NCBI GenBank assembly: GCA_001949185.1
Contig: BDGG01000002.1
Coordinates: 7,058,448-7,122,447 of the forward strand
DNA: 64,000 nt
Reading direction: 5' to 3'
From: Ramazzottius varieornatus
Lineage: Eukaryota; Animalia; Tardigrada
Part shown: positions 27,866 to 38,988 of the stretch, piece after piece
Layout of the letters: each line of letters opens with the position of its first letter
Numbering within the stretch: the first letter of the stretch is position 1
The notes under the pieces: model-generated
What the model was told of the DNA's origin: nothing
Databases searched by the model: none
The model's input: the letters and a program-made list of their open reading frames with translations, nothing else
Translations under genes and position numbers: made by a program

Positions 27866-28622
27866 ATGGATCTTGCCAAATACGGAATATCTTGGATAAT
27901 CTGCTTCTCATTGTTGTTTTCCTCCTTTACGGACGGTTTACCTCTGGGCTCGTATGACGATGATCTGAAGATTCCGAAGAGATGTCCGGACTGTAAAGCT
28001 GACATTCCCGGTCTGCGGTACCGTCGAGCTGGGGAAGGAGGGATTAACGTAAGTGACTTGTTGCCTTACAGTTTTCAATATAATCAATGTTCATGGAGAT
28101 TGCAGCCTAGTTAGGTGTACCAGAGGTCTTTAACAGTCTTGCTATATTTTTCTTACAGTTTGCCGATATCGCCAGGGATTTCATGCTCCGGGGTAGGTTC
28201 GACCCTTATTTTTCCCTGTGGTTTGAAAGTGACTGTTGGTTCCTTTCCTTGTAAATTCTTGATAGTCAGTCTTAAATTCCATTTTACTCCAGATAGCCTG
28301 ACTGACAGATTTCAATTTGCATCTGTCGATAGGTGGCGCTCAGGCGTTAGCTGAACTACTGGCAAGCGAGGACAAAGTTGGCGTCTTGAAAAGGATTCTT
28401 GGTGCTCAAGTCGCGGCCAGCTTTGTGGGACAAGGAGCTCTGAGTTCCTTGTTATCTGGCTTGATGTCCGGCTCGAGAGGTAGTAGCCGAACTGGATCAG
28501 GATCGGGAGGAAGAGCGCCACCTAGCAGCGGACCCGCGCCAACTATGCCGCCTGGTGTGGCGAGGTTTGATCCTCCTGGAGTTACTACCCAAGCGTCGAA
28601 CCCAGACGATACAGAGTACTAG
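27866..28622 (+). CDS. Secreted prepro-protein 4 of the tandem cluster
   Basis: Exon 27866-28048 (signal peptide ... RYRRAGEGGIN), exon 28159-28192 (FADIARDFMLRG) and exon 28333-28622 (GAQALAELLASEDKVGVLKRILG...NPDDTEY). Splice phases are consistent and the product aligns without gaps to genes 2 and 3. Confidence 0.85.
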
Positions 28623-29371
28623 CCTATAGTGTCTTCTTTTTTGCACAAGACCTTCTCTCTGTACCTGCTCAAGCTTTCTATCTTCCTGTCAACTTTTGTT
28701 TGCTGTCAACAGTCAATGAGAAGGTATAGGCTGACGTTTGTCTCTTCCAGCTGCGTGTGAATCTACAGCTGCAATTATCTTCCTCATAAATTATTCGGTA
28801 CTTGAAGCTCACTTGGTAGGATCTTGAGCTTGCTGAGATGTATCGATCAAGTTGCGGAGGTCGCACACAGTCGGCATTACGGTAGCAAATTCTGGGTATA
28901 GTTTCCTCGACTTCCGTAACGCTGACGAGTACGTACAGGATTCGCTAATCGATGTATCACCGAGCAAGTATTCCCATCCGTGTCAAGATTGCTTCAAAAA
29001 GGAGTCTGCATAGATATCCGTTTATACGGGTTTTTAATGCAGTAAGTGATATGGATCCTCGATAAGTTTAATTTGGAAGAAAGGTCTGTCTGGAACCATT
29101 ACCAGTTCACTGCCTCCTGCTTGTCAATTTCCGGCGTTCCCGCCGATTAGTCAGATGTTTAACTGACTGTTCTGCGAGTAAAGCGGAAATCCGCAGCAGT
29201 GTAGATCATTGCCTGGCGGATGTTATTTCAACCAGTCGGGAAAGTTAATGGTCGTCTGGGTGGAAGACTCTGTGAAGTGTGGAAAGACAACTCATCGTAT
29301 ATGCAATTCGTTTTTCAGCGACATTCAGTTGCGGACCCAAAGCCTACCACGGCTTTTGCAGACGCCGAATG

Positions 29372-29379
29372 TATAAAAG
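29372..29379 (+). promoter_or_regulatory. Possible TATA box upstream of Cys-loop gene A
   Basis: TATAAAAG about 430 bp upstream of ATG 29811. Motif only, no transcript evidence. Confidence 0.25.
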
Positions 29380-29810
29380 GGTTCTTCAGGAAGGTTTAAT
29401 CCGATCGTTCTAACCTTAGGTTATGTGGGATCCGCTGTTTGTTACGAAAACAAGGACGAGAAACCCGGATTGTCTTTGTTTGTCTACGTAATGGAACATT
29501 GGACCTATTGGATTGTCGTTGGACTCTGTTTCGTGAACAGGTTTGTCTCCAGTCGAGAACCCTTTCCGATTGCGCTTCGCACATCTCGTGTATTCTCCCT
29601 GGCGAAAGCGATGTTGAAAATTTTTAGTTTGTTCCGACAACAGTTCGCTAGTTAGGAGAAACAGTCCAGCTTGATTGGCTCAGTGTTGGATTTTGATTTT
29701 CCAAAATAATAGTGCTATGGACAAGATAACGGGAAGCACTTTGTCGTGTTGTTCTGTTTTCTGGAGTAACTTGTCAAATGAATTTGCACCGTTCAACGAG
29801 GAAGGAGGCT

Positions 29811-32581
29811 ATGAGCTGCAGATATCTGGTAACTATCCTATTTATAAAGACATTCTTCTCATTACTTAGCTGTCAAGCTGCCAAGCGTCCCACTTCTGGG
29901 ACCCGGAAGTCCCGAAGCCGTACCCCAACATATGGCCCCACCATTACGACTGCCGATCGCTTTAGCTTTGCGACTTATGACCAAGAACCATCCTTCAACG
30001 TTACCGGTGACACCGCCACGACTCGCCCGTTACATCTCCAGGGGAGATCTCCAAATCGGGAAGATATACGGACTGTGACGCAGCTTATCGATAAGCTTTT
30101 AGACGGATACGATGTCAAAGCACGGCCACCAGGTTTGTGAGCTCAGATAAACTGTGGGATCCAACTCTAGAAGAAAAGGGAGGAGATCGATACTGATCGA
30201 ATTAAGATAACAGTTTAAACCATCGAATTAAACCTTTGGCTGTTGGGTAAATGGATTTTCAAATAAGCTGGATATGCGATAATTATTTGGGCAAACACGC
30301 GAGGCGCGTATGCTCCCGGAAGTCGCATTACATTTTCACATTAGCCCGAAAACCAATTACATGCTGCATAAACACCACCCTGTACCGTGGGTTCTCTGTG
30401 CTTATGAGCTAAACAAACATCACACCATGGCATCAACCACATTAAAGACCTTCATTTCTTTTTCCCGGTCAGAAGTAATTCAGAAATGACGAACTGTATT
30501 GATTTTCAGGACCGCCAACCGAGGTACCACTTCCCAGTTTCGTCATCCTGTAAAGACATTGTGTTTGTTTGATTAACAGAAATGTATCCCTTGGATAGGT
30601 GCAGCTCGACATTGTTTTACGTTCGATGGATACGGTATCCGAAGCGCAATTTGTAAGTCAATGAATTTCAGATTCATGAATTTTTATGACTTGCCTACGT
30701 CTAGCATATGGTACATGCATCGGAATTACTTGTAGGAATACAGCCTGGATTGTTACTTCCGGTATTGGCTCTTTAAACATCACAGCTGCTGATCAGAAAC
30801 TCAATACGCTGACGAAATTCATCTTTTTAGGCAATCGTGGAAAGACAATCGGTTGTCCTATGGTCAGCATTCCAATATTTCCGCCGCGCTTCTACCACTA
30901 GGCGTGGCAGTTCTTCAGAAGATATGGAAGCCTGACACTACCGTTTACAACGGAAAAAAGTCTTACTTTCATGCTATCACCGGACCGAACAAGTTTATTC
31001 GAATCTACAGGGACGGGAGCATAGTTTACTCGCAACGGTGCGCGGTACAGTGGTCCTGCACAGGTGGCGTATCAATCGCACCGTTATTGGTTTTTTGCAG
31101 ACTGACTCTGCGTGCCAGATGTCCGATGAAATTGCAGCGATATCCCATGGACACACAGCGATGTCCGCTCATTCTTGGAAGTTGTAAGATCGACCCAGTT
31201 TCGAGCTAATTTAGGTCTGACCAAAAGATAGCAGTTTGAAATGTTTCTAGTTGCCTACAGAAAGAAGGACGTGGTGTACCGATGGAAGTATGGAAACGAC
31301 CGAGCCGTGGTCCTTGCCGACGACCTGAAACTATCACAGTTCTACTTGCTGGCAGCTACAGGTTCCAGCTTCAACTCCACATCGCCAATGGGTGAGTGCA
31401 CATTTTTCAGCCAAATGTTTCGAGGCAGATACCGTCGAGCCATCAATCACTGATTGGCTTTCAAACAGGGGAATACTCCAAGCTCTCTGTGGAATTCGTC
31501 CTAGCCAGACGTTCCGGATACTTCCTTATCCAGATTTACGCCCCATGTATTCTGACGGTAGTACTGTCTTGGGTGCAGTTCTGGCTCAATAGAGAATCGT
31601 CCGGCGACCGCATAACACGTAAGCCGAATCAATGGAATGTTTCCGCGATCTGAGTTCGATCAACTAACGCATCGAAACAGTGACGATTAGTGGACCATTC
31701 AACCGTATATAAATTTCTGTTGTTTTACAGTGGGCGTGACATGCGTACTAACGATGACTTTCCTCGGTTCGTACGCTCTTTTCACTTTTCTAAATTTCTC
31801 AGATATATTTGTGCGTCATGGTGAAACCACCTACAGGTATCGATACTCGAAATGGCGGAGACTATCCTCGTGTTTCTTACATGACAGCGTTAGACCTATT
31901 TGTCTCCATGGCCTTCGTTTACATCTTTTTCTCCATTGTGCTTTACGCCTTCGTCCATCTTCATACCAAAGTAGGAACGGGTGATCGACTGCCGACCGCA
32001 TCGACGTTTTACAATACACCGGAAAGACTTCAGCGGTTGCACAAAAGGGTACGCGTTAGAGCCGACTACTTGACCATTAATTTATAATGAGCGCAGAGCA
32101 AAGTACTTGATTGACGTGTGGATCGGAAGTGGGTTCGCGAAGCGTCTCCTTCTTCTAGAGAGTATCGCGGGTCTTGATCCAAACATACGGTCCACGTCGT
32201 CGATACTCCATTGCCAATGTTTCCCGTGTGGACGAGCTCCATCTCCGCGAAGCCAATTACAGCCCCAAGCGCCTGCAGAATGGCGTCATGGGAGCAAGCG
32301 AGTGGACCGAGCCATCCGGAAGCCCCGAGCGGAAAGATTCAATTTTCGCTGCATTTCGAAGTGGCAACGCCTTCCAACGCTTCCTAAAACTCTGCTTTGG
32401 ATCACACCCTTGGAGGCCTTACTTTGACAAGCAGCAGCAAAAGTTTGTGGATAATCTCAGCCATGGCCGAATTAACAGCATCAGCCAGATCGATCGCGTT
32501 AGCCGCGTGGCCTTCCCGCTTTCTTTCACCATCTTCATGACTGCCTACTTTTGGTTCTATTACGGCACAGATCCGTTTTGA
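29811..32581 (+). CDS. Cys-loop ligand-gated ion channel subunit A, GABA-A alpha/GRD-like
   Basis: Signal peptide, [23 protein letters not shown], Cys loop [16 protein letters not shown]1 [12 protein letters not shown]1-M2 [26 protein letters not shown]4 [10 protein letters not shown]. Micro-exons at 30510-30523 and 30736-30761. Confidence 0.93.
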
Positions 32582-32765
32582 TCACCAACGAGTCTGAAAC
32601 GTGTGTGGCACAGCAGGCCTAACTTAATCAAATTACGCGGTTTCTAACGGCCAAACTTTTGATCGATCGGTAAATTAGCCCCTTTGTTTCCATCACGGTC
32701 CTCTTTAATGGGTTTCCCAATAGCAGCTGTTGTTGTATCACAATCTACTTTGTCGTGTCTCTTTC

Positions 32766-35700
32766 CTAATGTTTCCCGATCTGGACCAGTTTTGGCGGCT
32801 CCGCGAACAGGAAAGAAGTCCAGTATAATACGTTTAACAGCCCAAAGCTGACAGGGAACCTACAACAGAAAGAAATGGAATGGGCATGAATATAACTTAA
32901 AGCAACCCAAACAGCTTACACCACTCGAGATATCCGATCCAGCATACTAACTGCAAAAAAGCGGAGTTTAAAATTTGTTGATGGCCAAATTTCACGCTCC
33001 TTATAATCGGGGATAGGGTACCTGAGTTTATGCCGCTTTCTCTGAATTTGCCCCGCCGAATAAGTTCGGAGCGGTACTCTTCGTTGCCCGTGATGCAATA
33101 GATGAGCTTCTGGCATGTTGACTCGTCACGGAAGGCCTCGTTTGGTGGCATGGTGAACTTTACATCTCGGTGATTACTGGAAGGGTTTTTGCTGCCGTAC
33201 TTGTCAGGACCCAAACGCGTGCTACCGCTGTTCGTGTTCTGCTGGAAGATGCATAGATGATGGATGTGTGGAAAATATTTTCCAGGATGGCGTGAATGAG
33301 CGTAAATGGGCATGAATCACAAAGACCGATGGAGTTGGTTTACCTGAAGGAACCCCTTTCTTTCCGCGTGCGCCGATACCTTCATTTTCGATCCATCATG
33401 CTCTACTTCCCATTCATCATCGGTTGCTGCCGTCACCTCGGTTTTTATATTGATTTCTTCGAACCCAGTTTTCGTAAAGAAGTGGACCGCTAAAGAAAGA
33501 ACAGTTTATTCCTAATTCAATATTGGCTATTTTCGGTAGTTCTTTAGTGGAAATAGTGTGACTTTAAGCTTACCTGCAAACTGTATGATACTGGCGCTCA
33601 CGTAAAGGTTGCAAATAAGAATATACCATTCCAATGCTGTGGGGTAGGAAGTCTAGAAGAAACGAAGGTTATATAAGTCAGGTCCGAGCCACGGACCAAA
33701 ACTGCTGAAGTAGCCTACCTTTGGAAGAACATCTTTCTGATCTTGATTCATGGTGGCGAGTGTCAAGAAAGCTGTGATACCCAAACTGAGACGTTCGGTC
33801 GCTTCGCGATTCAGCCAAAACGAAACCCAGGAGAGGACCACAATCAACATACACGGTAAGTATATTTGCAGGAGGAAGTACCCCATTCGCCTCTAAGGAG
33901 AACAGTGGGCTTTCATTACTGCGGTTCAAAATCCGCTTCTGCGTTTAGGCGGCACAAACTTTGATGTATGTACCTGAAGCTGGAAATCCACTCGAACCAT
34001 CGAATAGTTTTCTACAAGGAGAATCACGTATAACGAGCTTTCGCCTTGTGGTGGGGTGGTAGAATTCAATAACCACTCTACTGTTCGAGTACAGTACCTG
34101 TTTTTACGCCTCGGTCGAATTCAGCAAAGAAATTACCATGTGGCTGCCCTAGCAGCTCGAATTGAGACAGCGCCAGGGCGTTGTCTATTTTCACACCTTG
34201 TGGATCCCATCGGTACAGCAGATCGTGCGACTCATACGCAACTACAGCATAGAACTACTAATCAGTGTATTTATATTGGCGATTCATGAAGAACCCGGAA
34301 GTGATTGTGTGGGAAAGAAGAGTGTTGTTTCGAGCCCGTTAACTCACAGCTTCCAATAATCAGCGGGCACGACTGCATGTCCGCAGGGTAGAAGGTCAAC
34401 CTAAAGACCGTAAAAAAACAGCAATCGGCGTGGCAAATTTGCATAGAGCGTCATATTGTCTTAAGTTTCTTGGAAAGACGACAGCTCGTTCATTGCTCGA
34501 AGTGAAAATCGAAGATTCCTTACCGCATAGGGCACTGAGCGCGGATCGTCAGCCTACAGCCAAACGAGCCGTTTATAAATTTGGTTCCAGTCACGCAATG
34601 CAGAATGTTCGTGCTTGAAAAACGTGAGCATACTAACCGCATCGAATATGTGATGTCTCCATTAGGACTCAACCGAAGAAGCTTGTTTGCCGTCGTAATT
34701 GTATGGACATAGTATTCCTTTCCGTTGCGAAAGTAAGTGTCCGGCTATCGAAGAAGACTTTCTCCAAGCTTCCTCGGTACAGCTGTACACACTTGAAATA
34801 TGGTTGTAATACCTTCCATATCATGTCAAGCATGAGATTGTTCAAGGCAATCTCCTGAATCCCACCAGCGGAAAATCGAAGCCTTTCATCTCGCCAGTAC
34901 TGCCTGTCGAACGAAAACCCAACCCTCTTGTACTTCTTCCCTACAGCTGCAAATACTAAAACGCGTACCGGAAGTAGCAATCGGTGCTGTAATCCTGCAG
35001 ACAGAAAACACTCGGATTAAGATCTCGAATTTCAGTTTTTTCTGCTAGGTGGAAGATCATCGCTGGTTACACTGTTCAGCTCCGATATTGGTCCAAGGCT
35101 GAGAACGACCATGCTGGTACGGACGTGCGTCGGGCCATCTGTTATGAGAAGAACATGTGAAGATTAATGATGGCCTTGTAATATGGTGGGACTTTTAGGT
35201 AGAGGCATTGGGCGCGCCCGAATACATTAGCCGGCAGTAGTAAAGTGATCCATTTATGGCAAGCTGGTGACTTTCTAAAGCATGCAAATGTGTCGGCAGA
35301 TGTCTTCTCAAGCGGGATGAGTATACAGTCTTATGTTCTTGCAAGTATCAGCATGTAGCCATTTGGCAATCGTCTTCAATGTGTAATCCGACATTTGATT
35401 ATCGGATAAACGCGCATAAGGCTCGCCATTCCGTCCTCAAGGCCCATCTTCCCGACTACTCAGTCAGAGAACAGATTGCTTTCTCGAACCACCCTAATGA
35501 AGTTTTACGACGAGCTACGAACAATATTTGATCTAATCAAACGCTTCGCAGAATAATCTCGGGACGGAAAGCACTCCTTCACGGCGATCTCGGCGTGGTT
35601 TTCCTTGCGCGGCGCATCTATCACTTTGACACGTTTCACTGAACAACCACCGAGGTCGACATGGGTGAAGTGGACGGTTGGCATGAAAAGTCCAGGCTGA

Positions 35701-36891
35701 GATTGGTTTCTTTTTGCCTTTCGAAACTTGGAACAATGACACTGCTCTGGCTTCCTTAACGCAAACATTTTTAACCCATTTCTGCTGCGTTTACACCAGT
35801 GTTTTGAACGGGAAAAGCTTCGCCTGACTGTAGTTGTCTTAAAATCACCTGTGCTCGGTTGGTTTCCCAGAACGTTGCTCTACACTATGATCTTATGAGG
35901 TGCCCAGACCACTTGAACACCGATTCATAGTTTCAGCGCGCGCTATAATCCATATTTCGACAAGTACGAAAACACAAAAGGTGCCAAAACCGACTAAAAC
36001 TTGAACTAGCCGTCAAATCGTCTCCAAATTTTCATAGGAGATGCAGAATGGGATTCCAAGACACAAGCACAAGCATGCATTTCGCGGTCGATAATCACGA
36101 CCGCAAATGCACTTGAAAATTTTAAAGTGCTCCACAAGGCGTGATTACCGACCAAAAGTGTTCGATTGGATGCTCGTGTATTGAAGTTCTGCATCTCCTG
36201 TCAAAATTTAGAGACAATGTGATGGCTAGTTCAAATGTTAGGAGGTTTCGGCACCTTTCATGTTTTCATACTTTACCGAAATATGGATTATGGCGCACAC
36301 TGAACTTTAGGCCGTTCGGTGCTCCAGTATTAATAGTACGTGCACCTCTTAAGATCATAGTAAAGCAAGTTTTCGTGAAACCGACCGAGAAAAGTCAAGT
36401 TTTGTCAACTGCAGAGAGACGAAGTTTTTCCCCTCAAGGTGTGGCTTTTGCCATGTATTAGATCGGGAAAGGTTCACTCACACGCATAGCCGGGACGAAA
36501 GGTCTTGTTGTAGTGCACGAAGAGACTGTTCAAGAGGTCTGTGACGTTCTGGCTGGTCAGCTGTAGGGAAGCGAGATCGGCTTCCGGCGGTGCAGCATTT
36601 GAAGAGTCTGCAGCATCTGCCTGTCGTGGAGGTCTTCCAGCACGTGTTCTAGTGGCGTTCACATTGCGAAGTGTCGGGGCAGTGTAGATGTAGGAACGAG
36701 GTCTAAGCGGCTTTGTAACTGGAGAAGGATCCAGGATTATCTGAGCAAGAACCATTTGCCTGTGAACAGAATTTACTGAGAATTACAGACCGGAAGTATA
36801 ACTGCCAGCTGTAATGAGCCGTTTCATACCAGATAACGAGCACGACAGTCAGAACCAACGAGAGGATCCGTGAACTGATTCTTATCTCCAT
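32766..36891 (-). CDS. Cys-loop ligand-gated ion channel subunit B, GABA-A alpha/GRD-like, convergent paralog of A
   Basis: Signal peptide from ATG 36891 ([26 protein letters not shown]), [22 protein letters not shown], Cys loop [51 protein letters not shown]. Stop at 32766. Confidence 0.92.
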
Positions 36892-37786
36892 TTTCCACAG
36901 TGGTAATCGTAAAGATGCAACAACGGCGACTCTTTTCACTAATTATCAGCTGCACCGACTTCCGGGTTACCGTTTCCCAAAACAAAAGAGTAGAGGTTTA
37001 GTCAGTGTAAATCCTTCATCAGCACGATAAAACTCAGTAAAGCTATTGTTTTAAGAAGCCGGCAATCTCCCGATAATCTGACCATGAATCTCACTGGGGA
37101 TAGTCCAACGTTTTCGTTTCCGGTGGAAGCCTGGCCTTGTTTAATTTACAAATACTATTGTAGACGAAAAGCTTCATGGAGGCTCACTCGAGTGCACGCA
37201 TGATACGCAGGAAGACTACCACGGCTTCCCACTCTCCGTGAGTGTTGTACTTACCGGAATGTACTTACTGGCCCCGTCAAAAGTCTGGAGCCAGAGGTCC
37301 CGGCTAGTCCTGGATCGAGTACGCCCATCATCCGCCCTCCTCTTTTCCAAGATCCACCGCTTCCGGCTACCATTTCTTATTTACTTAAGGTGACGACTGG
37401 CGAGAGCTGTCGAAAGGTGTTGTCGTTAGGCGGACTGCCATAGATGGCTAACTGCACGGCGGACGGAATCTTTCCGGTTCTGGTACTGTACTTTGTGCCG
37501 ACAACCATGCTTCTTCCGGCGGTTAGAGGGAGTAATCTCGCGCAGTATCGCTGGATCACAGTTATGGTGCCAAATAAAAAAAGTCTTTAATCATTATAAA
37601 GAAGCCAAATAGGGTTGATATTTACCTTCCGCCTGGGTGCGAAGGGGCACTGACACAAAATTTTATCCAAAAGATTCGTTTGTTCGTTTAGCTTCCCATT
37701 TCGCAGGGATTTCTTCAGTTTTGTCTTTGGAGTCTGCAGCCTGTGCGACAAGAACGTTTGGTTAGGAGAACCTATAAGGAACCAGG

Positions 37787-38367
37787 ATGAGGCCGACGTT
37801 GTCCACTTACCGAGCGATACTGAGGGAGCTACGATGGCTGAAGTTACAGGTTTGAACAAAATACCCCTTAACCTATGTTGACGATCAGCTGGATCCTGGA
37901 CAAGTTGTGTTGATTGACTGATTCACGGTAGTTCAAACCCTAAACAGTTGTCTTTCTCGTTTCAGAATCCCATGAAGAGCGACATTATCTCCTATATTTC
38001 CAAAGAATTCAAAAGTAACAAGACGACAGACGAGAAGTTTTGTCGCGCCAGCGAAAGCGCAGTATTCAAAGCTAAAACGTACCTGACGCTTCTAGAGAGC
38101 ACACGAAAAAATCAGGTGGGTATGTAAACTCAGTTTTTAGAAACAGCTGATCTGACTAGCGCAGCGGAGCGAGATGAGCTGATGCGTACTACCGCGGGCT
38201 TCACCGCGGACATCGGTCATGTCATTAGTTTTAACTGTCGAACTGATTTTGGTTCTGTTTCCCAGATGCTGACCGAGCTCTACAAAGGAAGGGGAGACAA
38301 GACGACAGAACAAGCAGCAAATACGGTCGGACTAACGCTTCCCAAAACATTTCAAGATCCAGGATGA
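37787..38367 (+). CDS. FMC1: Protein FMC1 homolog (LYR-family mitochondrial ATP synthase assembly factor)
   Basis: Exons 37787-37849 (MRPTLSTYRAILRELRWLKLQ), 37966-38115 (...TDEKFCRA...AKTYLTLLES) and 38266-38367 (...YKGRGDKTTEQAANTVGLTLP). The motifs match the FMC1/C7orf55 pattern. Confidence 0.88.
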
Positions 38368-38685
38368 TGTGTTCGATAACGGTTGGACACCACAGCCTAC
38401 GGAACTCTCGAAAGACGCGTTACAAATCGTCTCCAAGTTAGATTGAAATAGGCTCTGCTGTCAGCCATTGGTCATTGGAGCCGATCTCGCTTTGTTAGCG
38501 CTTCGTGTGACACTGTGATTTTATGTCTGTACAGAGCCTTCTTCCCAGTACTGTATCGCTGAGACAAAATGGACATTTCAATAGCAAAGCAAGTGGACGT
38601 CCATGGATTACGTGTTCGTTCATGAACGGAAGAATTGAGCATTGTCGTGGTTGTGCAGTGTAAGTTTTGGCTTTGTTATTTTGCC

Positions 38686-38712
<27 letters not shown>
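38686..38712. repeat. (GT)n microsatellite
   Basis: About 13 perfect GT units. Confidence 0.95.
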
Positions 38713-38719
<7 letters not shown>

Positions 38720-38988
38720 AATCTCTTAAATTAGTTGGACTGGCATCACAGCATGTAACTTGAACCGCATCCTCGTTCTCAGGTAGTTTCAAGCCTTCAA
38801 CGGCGAACAAGCATCTCAGGAGGATCCATTCATACGAAAGTCAGGGCGAGGAGGGAAGCTTCGTCTGGAGAAAGGCTCCATGCTTAGCAACTTTTTCGTC
38901 TAGGTAGAGTTCGAGAATAGAACTGGGTACTTTACCACCAAGTTTACGACTGATTGCATTACCATTCTGTTCTCTCTGGATCCGAAAT

